Positions 1-8,378 of a DNA stretch of 50,212 nucleotides are shown piece after piece (the stretch's first letter is position 1; every line of letters starts with the position of its first letter). The notes under the pieces were generated by a model. The model was not told the origin of the DNA and made no database searches. It saw nothing but the letters and a program-made list of their open reading frames with translations. The stretch comes from Bacteroidales bacterium (GTDB lineage Bacteria; Bacteroidota; Bacteroidia; Bacteroidales; UBA932). The stretch spans positions 1 to 50,212 of the forward strand of contig JAFVED010000093.1 in assembly GCA_017478125.1 (NCBI GenBank). Direction: 5' to 3'. Made by a program: the position numbers and the translations under genes.

Positions 1-839
1 ACCATACCGGCGGCTACGGGTTTCATGATATTCTCGAGGGCATATTCATAATCCTCGTCAGTGATGAACGGAAGAGGGGAATATGCTCCCATCCCTCCGG
101 TATTCGGCCCTTTGTCGCCATCAAATGCCCTTTTATGGTCCTGGGAAAGGACCATAGGGAACACTTCCTCTCCGCAGACAAAGCACAGGAAGGAGAATTC
201 GGGGCCGGTCATATATTCCTCGACCACCACCCTTCCCTTGCCGAACTTGTCGTCCAGGAGCATATCCTTGAGCGCTTCCCGCGCCTCTGAGATGGACTCC
301 GCGATCACCACGCCTTTTCCGGCGGCCAGGCCGTCGTACTTTAGCACGACCGGCATCATCTGCCTTTGGACATAGCCCAGAGCCTCGTCATAATCTTCGA
401 AGGTCTTGTACGCGGCGGTAGGAACCCCGTATTTTTCCATCAGGCGCTTGGCGAAATCCTTGCTGGACTCGATCGTGGCGGCGGCCTTCGTGGGGCCGAA
501 TATGGCCTGTCCTGCATGGGTGAACGCGTCCACTATCCCGGCCGAAAGCGAAGCCTCAGGACCGACGACAGTGAGATCGACTCCTTGTTCCTTCACGAAC
601 TCAAGAAGTTTCTCTATCTCAGTGTCTTTGATCGGGACACACTCAGCTTGCGCGGCGATCCCGGCGTTGCCGGGGGCGCAGTAGATTTTCCGCACATGCC
701 TGGAACGGGACAGGGCATCCACGATCGCATGTTCCCTTCCACCGCCTCCGACCACAAGAACGCTTTTGCTAAGGTAATCCTCCAGATTGATGGTCTTCCC
801 ATCATGCTTCTGGCTCGGTCTCAAATTGAACACTCCCAT
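1..839 (-). CDS. purD: Phosphoribosylamine-glycine ligase (runs off the window's left edge)
   Basis: Not in the ORF track. Manual translation from ATG at 839 gives MGVFNLRPSQKHDGKTINLEDYLSKSVLVVGGGGREHAIVDALSRSRHVRKIYCAPGNAGI, with the PurD GGGGREHA and APGNAG motifs; KYDGLAAGKGV and GPNTGGMGAY follow downstream. Confidence 0.95.
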   Translation of the reverse strand, partial: MGVFNLRPSQKHDGKTINLEDYLSKSVLVVGGGGREHAIVDALSRSRHVRKIYCAPGNAGIAAQAECVPIKDTEIEKLLEFVKEQGVDLTVVGPEASLSAGIVDAFTHAGQAIFGPTKAAATIESSKDFAKRLMEKYGVPTAAYKTFEDYDEALGYVQRQMMPVVLKYDGLAAGKGVVIAESISEAREALKDMLLDDKFGKGRVVVEEYMTGPEFSFLCFVCGEEVFPMVLSQDHKRAFDGDKGPNTGGMGAYSPLPFITDEDYEYALENIMKPVAAGM

Positions 840-841
840 GA

Positions 842-2089
842 TTATATTCCGTTAAAATTATCCCACCGCCATCTGATGTTTTCCACATCTGTAAAAGAGG
901 GTATGAGTATACGAGGAGGAATCGTCGCGCCATAATCCAGTCTCGCCCTTCCCGACAAAACCACTTCTCCCTCAGGACTAATCCTCAAATGACCGGTATC
1001 AAATAGAGTATGAATGTCGACTCTCATAGCGAAGCCATTTGCCACAGTGTCGGCTCCGTTGTATTTATATGGTTTAATATGAGCGGCTTCCAGAACTTCC
1101 GGCATTGTGACATTGGTGATCACACATCGCTCACACGCATTTAGTACAGCTTTTCTGAAAGAGGCCTGATTGGGACGTGAGACACTGTAAGATACTCTTT
1201 TTCTTTCTATCTCAGAAGACACTCCTGAAAGCGAAGGCACCTTTGTCGGAGTAGTCTCGGCGCTCCTGACCATAACTTGAATTTCATCGAGAATGACCGA
1301 ATTTAAAGTGTAAACTTCCGATGATCTATTCTCTCCTGAAACAAAAACATACCCATAATTGGCCAAGAAAAGAAAGAACTCACGGGCGAACCGTTTATCA
1401 TTGTCCTTCGGACAACAATCCGGCCATCCATCCAATGATAATTGTCCATCCCGGAATCGAAGGATAAAACTGAAATAATCCTCCAATTCCGCACCGCATC
1501 CCGACAGAGGTATGATTATATCCAACAATTCCCGGTTGGTGATGTAGCCATAGGTGCTGTCATAATCGTATAGCCTCAAAAGAATCCTCAACAGCAACAA
1601 CAAAGGTTTGAAACAAAGCCCATGCGAATGCCATTTTTCACACTCTCCCCTGGATTGGATATTCGCGTTCGGCAAAGTCAATGAATGTATTGTAGCCTCA
1701 GAGAATTCCGCCTGGGAGATCTCTCTGTCCGCGACTTTACGGCCAAAGTCCGTCAGGCGTATTATTCCAGAATGGTCATTATCTGAGGGTATCAGGCCGA
1801 CAGCGCGCCAATACTGTCCAGAATTACGGATCAAGTTTCTCTCCCCGGTTCTCGCGGCGAGATTAATATTCAAAGAATCTTTGATGTCGTTTGATAAATC
1901 AGACATTTCTCTCGAGAATTCCTCTGAACTGTACTTAAGCCCGCTCCCGAGTTTCTCAAGTTTTCGCATTCTGGAAAGAACCCCGAGAAGGACAACGGGA
2001 TCATTCAGTCCCTCCGTACATTGGAGGCTTGCCCATTTCCATTTGAACTCCTCAAATGGCTTTTTAGGAATGAAATCTGAAGGTAACAT
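842..2089 (-). CDS. HNH restriction endonuclease, probable type IIS (N-terminal recognition domain + C-terminal HNH)
   Basis: C-terminal FRKAVL...RCVIT...LEAAHIKP...NGFAMRVDIHTLFD is an HNH motif. The N-terminal ~270 aa resemble AlwI-type winged-helix recognition regions (inference). It lies directly downstream of two C5-MTases. Confidence 0.8.
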   Translation of the reverse strand: MLPSDFIPKKPFEEFKWKWASLQCTEGLNDPVVLLGVLSRMRKLEKLGSGLKYSSEEFSREMSDLSNDIKDSLNINLAARTGERNLIRNSGQYWRAVGLIPSDNDHSGIIRLTDFGRKVADREISQAEFSEATIHSLTLPNANIQSRGECEKWHSHGLCFKPLLLLLRILLRLYDYDSTYGYITNRELLDIIIPLSGCGAELEDYFSFILRFRDGQLSLDGWPDCCPKDNDKRFAREFFLFLANYGYVFVSGENRSSEVYTLNSVILDEIQVMVRSAETTPTKVPSLSGVSSEIERKRVSYSVSRPNQASFRKAVLNACERCVITNVTMPEVLEAAHIKPYKYNGADTVANGFAMRVDIHTLFDTGHLRISPEGEVVLSGRARLDYGATIPPRILIPSFTDVENIRWRWDNFNGI

Positions 2090-2092
2090 AAT

Positions 2093-3016
2093 TTAAGGAT
2101 TTAAGTTATTGAATTGATTGGCAACAGCTTCCGCAAGAAGCGGCGGAACCGCGTTGCCGATTTGCCGGTAAATGGATGACAACTTCCCACAAAACTCGTA
2201 GTCAAGAGGAAAACTTTGGACATAAGCAAGTTCCCTGCCTGTCATGCGCCTCATCCCGTTTGGATGGGGCAGAATCACCACCCCTCCTTTATCGTCACCC
2301 CTGGCGGTGACTGTGGGTGCCGGTTTGGCTGGGTCTAAAGGCCGATGGCCAAGATACCCATTGAATTGAAGTTTATATTTCGAGTAGCTATGGTTTTTCA
2401 GATCATTCTCTTTGTCTGGATCTGGAATGCCCGCCATGGCGTCACCTATTCCGATCCAAGGCTTCTTGCCATTATCCCCATCTTTGGAAAAAGAGGGTTC
2501 AGGAAACTCGTAGACAATGTCCAGATCATTCCTTACACCCACGATAAATACTCTTTGCCTAGTTTGCGGAACACCAAAGTCGGCGGCATTAAGTATTTTA
2601 TACACAACTTGATAACCAATCTGTGAAAAATCAGAAAGGATCATCTCGAAAACCTTGCCTTTTGCCAAGTTCGTGAGTCCCTTCACATTCTCCGCCAGAA
2701 AAAACTTAGGTTTTTTTGACTCGATGACCCGGATTAGCTCTTTATACAAAGAATTGCGTTTATCTCCCTCGTTCCTCTTTACATTGGCCACAGAAAATCC
2801 TTGACAAGGGAATCCCCCTATGACGATATCACAATCAGGGATACTTTCAGAAGGAATATCCTTTATATCTCCAAGAACTATATGATCTCCGATATTCTTA
2901 CGGTAAGTAGCTACGGCATCGGCATACAAATCATTAGCCCAGATTATCTTATGTCCTGCCAAGATAAAACCCAGATCCAAACCTCCCGCACCGCTGAAAA
3001 GAGAAACAACTTTCAT
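2093..3016 (-). CDS. DNA (cytosine-5)-methyltransferase M2
   Basis: Motifs I FSGAGG, IV GGFPCQGFS, VI ENV, VIII QTRQRV, IX/X ...QIGNAVPP. Confidence 0.95.
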   Translation of the reverse strand: MKVVSLFSGAGGLDLGFILAGHKIIWANDLYADAVATYRKNIGDHIVLGDIKDIPSESIPDCDIVIGGFPCQGFSVANVKRNEGDKRNSLYKELIRVIESKKPKFFLAENVKGLTNLAKGKVFEMILSDFSQIGYQVVYKILNAADFGVPQTRQRVFIVGVRNDLDIVYEFPEPSFSKDGDNGKKPWIGIGDAMAGIPDPDKENDLKNHSYSKYKLQFNGYLGHRPLDPAKPAPTVTARGDDKGGVVILPHPNGMRRMTGRELAYVQSFPLDYEFCGKLSSIYRQIGNAVPPLLAEAVANQFNNLNP

Positions 3017-3948
3017 TTCCGGTCCTCAATCTTGATTAGTTCATCTCCTAAAAGCCTACCAAATGCGACAGGAACCGCGTTACCGATCTGCCGATAACAA
3101 GAATTTAGTTTCCCAGAGAACACAAAATCATCCGGAAATGTCTGGACACAAGCGCTTTCCCTGACAGTAAGGCGCCTCTTTCCATTATAATGCGGAATGG
3201 CCACAACACCTCCCTTCCCATTTCCTCTTGCGAGAATTGTGGGAGAGGGTTTAGCTGGATCTGTCGGACGATGTCCCGTGAAGTTCCTGAAACTCAATTT
3301 ATAAGATGACGCGACATGATTAGGGATGTCTCCACTTTCAGAAGGTTCAGGGAAATGTTCCAACGCTTGCTGTATTGATATCCATCCCGGCAGTTTGTCT
3401 TTTGGATCGTCAGAGTGAGTCTTCGCGGGAATACTCAACACGCTTTCAGAACCCAAGTCTTTTCGTGTACCCAAGAATACGACCCTGATTCTTTTTTGAG
3501 GGACACCATAGTCTGCCATATTGATCTTATTGACAGACACAAAATAACCCGCATCCTGAAAGTCGGACAAGATCTGCTCCAGAACTGTCCCTCCACCTAT
3601 ATTAAGGATTCCTCTGACATTCTCAGCGATAAAGTACCGGGGTCTTTTGGCCACAAGCATTTTAAGGAAATACTTGTACAATAGGTTTCTCTCATCATCT
3701 ACACTTCGCCTCATGTTCGCCAAGGAAAAACCTTGGCAAGGGAAGCCGCCGACCACCACATCTCCATCAGGGATGGAATCGAAATCAATAGTTGAAATAT
3801 CTCCAAGAAGGATATCTTGAGAAATATTACTCCTATATGTCTCAACCGCATCTTTATCAATGTCATTAGCCCAGACGACCTCATTTCCTGCCTGGACTAA
3901 TCCGAGATCTAAACCTCCCGCACCGCTGAACATCGATATGACCCTCAT
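3013..3948 (-). CDS. DNA (cytosine-5)-methyltransferase M1 (start corrected to MRVISMF)
   Basis: FSGAGG, GGFPCQGFS, ENV, QKRIRV and QIGNAVP motifs. ATG at 3948 aligns with the M2 start; the track's longer N-terminus overlaps purH. ATGA overlap with M2. Confidence 0.95.
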   Translation of the reverse strand: MRVISMFSGAGGLDLGLVQAGNEVVWANDIDKDAVETYRSNISQDILLGDISTIDFDSIPDGDVVVGGFPCQGFSLANMRRSVDDERNLLYKYFLKMLVAKRPRYFIAENVRGILNIGGGTVLEQILSDFQDAGYFVSVNKINMADYGVPQKRIRVVFLGTRKDLGSESVLSIPAKTHSDDPKDKLPGWISIQQALEHFPEPSESGDIPNHVASSYKLSFRNFTGHRPTDPAKPSPTILARGNGKGGVVAIPHYNGKRRLTVRESACVQTFPDDFVFSGKLNSCYRQIGNAVPVAFGRLLGDELIKIEDRK

Positions 3949-3979
3949 AAGTGCGAAGATAAGGAAAAAAGCAATAATC

Positions 3980-5644
3980 TCAATGTTTGAAGTGGCGCTG
4001 GCCGGTGAAGAGCATGGCGATGCCGAGTTCGTCGCATTTCTTGATCGAGTCCTCGTCACGGATCGAGCCGCCAGGCTGGACGATGGCTTTGACGCCGTAC
4101 TTGGCCGACAAGGTCACGCAGTCATCGAACGGGAAGAACGCGTCGGAAGCCAATACCAGGGTTGCGGCTGGTGCTGCCAGCTCTGGCGGCTCGACCGCCT
4201 CGCTCCGCTCGGCCCCACCATTCGCTCCGCTCATGGTCCCCCCTCTTACAGTGCCGAGGGTGGCATGGGTCTCGCCATCCAGACTGGCAGAACCAGCAAC
4301 CAAAGTGGCACTAGCCTGCTTCAGGGCGATTTCCGCGCTGCCGACACGGTTCATCTGGCCGGCGCCGACACCGAGGAGCATCCCATCGCGGCCAACGACT
4401 ATCGCATTGGATTTCACATGCTTTACCATCTTCCATGTGAACTCGAGATCCCGCATCTGCTCCTCAGTGGGCTTCGCTTTGGTGACGCATTGGTCGAGCG
4501 ACAGGGAGCAGGTCTCCAGATCCTGGTTCTGGACCAGAATCCCCCCGTTGACGCTCACACACGCCATCTGGCTTGTCACCTCGCCCTCCATGTCCACTTT
4601 CAGTACCCTCAGGTTCTTTTTGGAACAAAGAAGCTCAAGCGCCTCAGGGGCGAAAGAAGGAGCCATGACGATTTCAAGGAATATGGGCTTGAGCATCTGG
4701 GCGGTCTCAAGGTCAACCTCCCGGTTGAAAGCCACGATGCCGCCGAAGATGGAAGTCTTGTCTCCCTCATAGGCCTTCGTCCACGCCTCGGAGACAGTCT
4801 CGCCGACTCCGGCCCCGCATGGGTTCATGTGCTTGAGTCCGACCGCGAAAGGCTTGTCCTTAAACTCACGGACAATATTCAAGGCGGCGTTTGCGTCTTG
4901 TATATTATTGTAAGACAACTCCTTCCCATTGAGTTGCTCAGCCGTGGCGAGGGAGTATGGAACCCTGCCGGAAGTCTTGTAGAACTTGGCTTCCTGATGG
5001 GGATTCTCCCCGTAACGCAGGGGCTGGCAGAGATCATATTCAAGGAAAAGTTTCTCTGGAAGTCCAGCCTTGGGGCGCATCCAGGAAGCGATGGCCATGT
5101 CGTACTCGGCGGTGTGGGTGTACGCCTTGGCCGAGAGGCAGAGCCTTGTCTCGGGGGTCGTGTGGCCGAGAGTCCTAAGCTCTTCAATGACAGGCGCGTA
5201 ATCCTCCGGGTTCACGACTATCGTGACACTTTCCCAGTTCTTGGCCGCGCTGCGGACCATCGAGGGGCCGCCGATCTCGATGTGCTCAATGGCATCCTCC
5301 ATCGTGACATCAGGCTTGGCGACTGTCTCGCGGAAAGGATAGAGGTTGACGCACACGAGGTCTATGGTTCCGATGCCGTTCTCCTCCAGCTGGCGCATGT
5401 GGTCAGGAAGGTCGCGGCGGGCCAGAAGAGCCCCGTGGATCTTCGGGTGGAGGGTCTTGACCCTGCCGTCGCAGATCTCGGGGAAACCGGTCACATCGCT
5501 GACGCTCGTGACGGGCAGTCCTGCCTCTTTCAACATCTTCATGGTTCCGCTGGTGGAAAGCAACTCCCATCCCAGCGACACAAGTTCGCGGGCGAAGTCC
5601 ACCACGCCCGTCTTGTCGCTTACGCTGATTAACGCTCTATTCAT
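3980..5644 (-). CDS. purH: Bifunctional AICAR transformylase/IMP cyclohydrolase, with a ~44-aa in-frame insertion near the C-terminus
   Basis: RALISVSDKTG, GRVKTLHP, LRYGENPHQ, KHMNPCG, KHVKSNAIV, LASDAFFPF, QPGGSIRD and RHFKH motifs. Confidence 0.97.
   Translation of the reverse strand: MNRALISVSDKTGVVDFARELVSLGWELLSTSGTMKMLKEAGLPVTSVSDVTGFPEICDGRVKTLHPKIHGALLARRDLPDHMRQLEENGIGTIDLVCVNLYPFRETVAKPDVTMEDAIEHIEIGGPSMVRSAAKNWESVTIVVNPEDYAPVIEELRTLGHTTPETRLCLSAKAYTHTAEYDMAIASWMRPKAGLPEKLFLEYDLCQPLRYGENPHQEAKFYKTSGRVPYSLATAEQLNGKELSYNNIQDANAALNIVREFKDKPFAVGLKHMNPCGAGVGETVSEAWTKAYEGDKTSIFGGIVAFNREVDLETAQMLKPIFLEIVMAPSFAPEALELLCSKKNLRVLKVDMEGEVTSQMACVSVNGGILVQNQDLETCSLSLDQCVTKAKPTEEQMRDLEFTWKMVKHVKSNAIVVGRDGMLLGVGAGQMNRVGSAEIALKQASATLVAGSASLDGETHATLGTVRGGTMSGANGGAERSEAVEPPELAAPAATLVLASDAFFPFDDCVTLSAKYGVKAIVQPGGSIRDEDSIKKCDELGIAMLFTGQRHFKH
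4167..4297. repeat. Inverted-repeat-bounded (MITE/palindromic-element-like) insertion inside purH
   Basis: Left arm gctggtgctgccagctctgg (4167-4186) vs right arm ccagactggcagaaccagc (4279-4297): one mismatch and one indel. Internal direct repeat tcgctccgctc at 4200-4210 and 4222-4232. It coincides with the extra PurH loop. Confidence 0.7.
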
Positions 5645-5654
5645 TTATTATCAA

Positions 5655-6728
5655 TTATTTGTCTGTGATTCTTCTCATGTGGCAGAGCATCAGGGAGCCG
5701 TCGGAGCCCCGAAGATGCATGCCGTTGCCCTCGCACCACTTCCACCATTTGCAGTCGCCGCACTCGTCCTTCTTCATCCAGGAACGATCCCTGTAGGGCT
5801 GGAACCTGTTCTGCCATACATCCCAGAAATCATCCTTGTAGATATTGCCCTGGTGGTAATCCGAGCGGATGCTTGTGCAGGCGGAGATCGAGCCGTCGAT
5901 CAGGACAGAACCGATCGTCACGCCAGCCTGGCAAGAATAAAAATGGTCCCGCACATCGCCCTCATAGCGCCCCAGGAAACCCTCGCAGCCGAAACTCGCC
6001 TTGATCCTGCCCTCTTTCCTGGTCTCCTTTATGAAATCCAGCATCCCTCGGAACATCTCCGAAGGGAGCTGGAGATCCGGATCGAGAGCCGCCCGACCGG
6101 TCGGGAAAATCGAGAAAAGCCTCCACTCCTTGAGCCCGAGACTGATCAGATGTTCCTTGATCTGAGGAAGTTCCGTGTAGTTGCGCCGGTTGACGCAAGT
6201 CACCACGTCGAAGGCGATCGCCCCGGAGTCGACCACCATCTTGATGGCCCTGGAGGCCCGCTCGAAACTGCTCTCACGGCCCCTGAGCCAGTCGTGGTTG
6301 TCTTTCAGCCCGTCAAGGCTTATGGTCATCGAATGGAGGCCGGATTTGAGGAGCCTTGAATATCTCTCCGGAGTGAGGCCATAGGCGTTTGTCACCATCC
6401 CCCATGGAAAACCTCTGGAATATATTCCCCTGCCACATTCCTCCAGGTCAGCCCGCATGGTCGGCTCACCGCCGGAAATGATCACGAACACCTTGTGAGG
6501 ATCGGTGCGCGTGGCAATCCCGTCCAGAACCCGGAAAAAGACCTCCTTAGGCATATCGGGGGTCTCCGCGATCTGCCTGCAATCGCTTCCGCAGTGGCGG
6601 CATTTGAGGTTGCAGCGCAAGGTGCTTTCCCAGAAGAGTTGGCGGAGAGGGTGGCCTTCCGTCTCGGACTTTCGCAGCGACGCCGCGATGTCCAGAGCTA
6701 TCCTTCTTCTGAGTGAGACCTCTGACAT
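5655..6728 (-). CDS. Radical SAM/SPASM enzyme of the rSAM/lipoprotein system (TIGR04133-like)
   Basis: CNLKCRHC (CxxxCxxC), SGGEP, SPASM cysteines CQAG...ISAC...CGDCKWWKWCEGNG...C. Translationally coupled to the upstream lipoprotein. Confidence 0.88.
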   Translation of the reverse strand: MSEVSLRRRIALDIAASLRKSETEGHPLRQLFWESTLRCNLKCRHCGSDCRQIAETPDMPKEVFFRVLDGIATRTDPHKVFVIISGGEPTMRADLEECGRGIYSRGFPWGMVTNAYGLTPERYSRLLKSGLHSMTISLDGLKDNHDWLRGRESSFERASRAIKMVVDSGAIAFDVVTCVNRRNYTELPQIKEHLISLGLKEWRLFSIFPTGRAALDPDLQLPSEMFRGMLDFIKETRKEGRIKASFGCEGFLGRYEGDVRDHFYSCQAGVTIGSVLIDGSISACTSIRSDYHQGNIYKDDFWDVWQNRFQPYRDRSWMKKDECGDCKWWKWCEGNGMHLRGSDGSLMLCHMRRITDK

Positions 6729-7225
6729 TATTCCTTGTTAAGATTCATTTTCCCTGACACTGTCCACTCGCCAGAGTACCAGTTATTATCTCCATTCTTT
6801 GACTTCACAACGGCAAGATCAACACTGTCTTTAGCGAAAGATCCGCCATTCAATTCTCCGTCCACATCCTCGAAGATGAGCCTGACATCCTTTGACACTG
6901 AGGTCAGGGAATACATATTCAACGCCTTTCCCGCCTCATCCGTGGAGAGCGCGGGCAATTCCTCCCGGATGGTTTTGGGCGGCAGATCCTGCCCCATATA
7001 GTTCTTGTTGACGGACGTGTATAACAATACAGGGGTAACCTTAATGTCTTTCAAAGGGTTACCTGACTCATCCGTCACGCTGATGTCTACCTTGAAGTCA
7101 GCGCTCGGACTTCCGTACTCCGCGCGACCGATCGGGATGATATCACAGCCAGAGAAACCCAGGGCAGACACGACAGCCGGACCAAAAACAGAGAGAAGTT
7201 TTCTGAAAAATCTTTTCATGATCAT
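6728..7225 (-). CDS. Radical SAM-associated lipoprotein (TIGR04134-like)
   Basis: Signal peptide with lipobox GFSGC, followed by AEYGSP, then VTDESGNPLKDIKV and EDVDGELNGGSF. Start at 7225 or 7219. Confidence 0.8.
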   Translation of the reverse strand: MIMKRFFRKLLSVFGPAVVSALGFSGCDIIPIGRAEYGSPSADFKVDISVTDESGNPLKDIKVTPVLLYTSVNKNYMGQDLPPKTIREELPALSTDEAGKALNMYSLTSVSKDVRLIFEDVDGELNGGSFAKDSVDLAVVKSKNGDNNWYSGEWTVSGKMNLNKE

Positions 7226-7269
7226 TGTAGTCTTGTATAGACTAAACACATGATTTCAGAAATCTTGCG

Positions 7270-8304
7270 TCAAAACGGCAAAATACTCACCCCCGGATGA
7301 TCCGTGACACGGCCTATGACCGCGGCTTTGTCGCCATGCTGGGCGAGGATGTCGATGGCCTCGCCGGCCTGGGCTGAATCCATCGCGAGAACCATTCCGA
7401 TGCCCATGTTGAATATGTTGAACATCTCCCTGTGGGGGATCTTTCCGTACTTCTCGAGGAAACGGAAGATCGGAAGTATCTCCCACGTTCCCTCGCGGAC
7501 CTCTATTCCCTGTCCTTCCTGGAGGATCCTCGGGATGTTCTCGTCGAAGCCTCCTCCGGTGATGTGGGCGACCCCATGGACATCCAGCTGGCCGATCACG
7601 TCCAGAACCTGCTTGACATAGATCCTCGTCGGAGTCAGGGCCACAAGGCCGAGAGGCTCGTCGGTCCCGAGCTCGGGATATGCTTTATAAAGATCCAACT
7701 CATTGTCAGAAAAGATCTTCCGCACAAGGCTAAAGCCGTTGCTATGGACTCCTGTGGAAGCTATTCCGACCAAAACGTCCCCGACCTTCACCTTTGTCCC
7801 GTCGATCAGCTTGCTCTTCTCGACAACTCCGGTGGTGTAACCGGCTATGTCATATTCCCCGTCCTCGTACATCCCTGGCATCTCAGCGGTCTCACCGCCC
7901 ACAAGGGCGCAACCGGCCTGGCGGCAACCCTCGGCGACTCCGGAGACAATCGCCTCCACGACTTCCGGGCGGGTCTTTCCCTGAGCCACATAGTCAAGGA
8001 ACACGAGAGGTTCCGCCCCCTGGGCGAGGACATCGTTGACGCACATCGCCACGGCGTCGATCCCGATGGTGTCGTGCTTGTCCATGGCAAAGGCGATCTT
8101 GAGTTTCGTGCCGACCCCGTCGGTCCCGCTCACAAGAACCGGCTCCTTGATATTCAGGGCACTAAGGTCGAACATCCCGCCGAAAGCGCCGATGTTACCC
8201 ATCACTCCCAGGCGGGATGTGGACGCAACATGTTTTTTAATCCTCCGGACGACATCGTAACCGGCTTCCAGGCTGACACCAGCCTTCTCGTAGTCTACTG
8301 CCAT
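7270..8304 (-). CDS. purM: Phosphoribosylformylglycinamidine cyclo-ligase (AIR synthase); start corrected to MAVDY
   Basis: [44 protein letters not shown] and FNMGIG motifs. Confidence 0.97.
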   Translation of the reverse strand: MAVDYEKAGVSLEAGYDVVRRIKKHVASTSRLGVMGNIGAFGGMFDLSALNIKEPVLVSGTDGVGTKLKIAFAMDKHDTIGIDAVAMCVNDVLAQGAEPLVFLDYVAQGKTRPEVVEAIVSGVAEGCRQAGCALVGGETAEMPGMYEDGEYDIAGYTTGVVEKSKLIDGTKVKVGDVLVGIASTGVHSNGFSLVRKIFSDNELDLYKAYPELGTDEPLGLVALTPTRIYVKQVLDVIGQLDVHGVAHITGGGFDENIPRILQEGQGIEVREGTWEILPIFRFLEKYGKIPHREMFNIFNMGIGMVLAMDSAQAGEAIDILAQHGDKAAVIGRVTDHPGVSILPF

Positions 8305-8325
8305 AGCTTTGGTATTTTGTATCCA

Positions 8326-8333
8326 CAAATTTA
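8326..8333 (-). promoter_or_regulatory. Bacteroidetes sigma-70 -7 element (TAAATTTG) for the pur cluster
   Basis: Matches the TAnnTTTG consensus about 20 nt upstream of the purM ATG, in the divergent purM/rdgB intergenic region. Confidence 0.6.
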
Positions 8334-8378
8334 ACCAATAAAGAGGAATATACCCGCTTTTTTCGGATATTTGCATTT

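Noticed and set aside
3860-5632. 590-aa plus-strand ORF and other long antisense ORFs (e.g. 5346-6359, 7432-8334, 20684-21943, 34601-35593, 43499-44404)
   Set aside because: Shadow ORFs opposite well-supported genes in GC-rich DNA, with no recognisable motifs.
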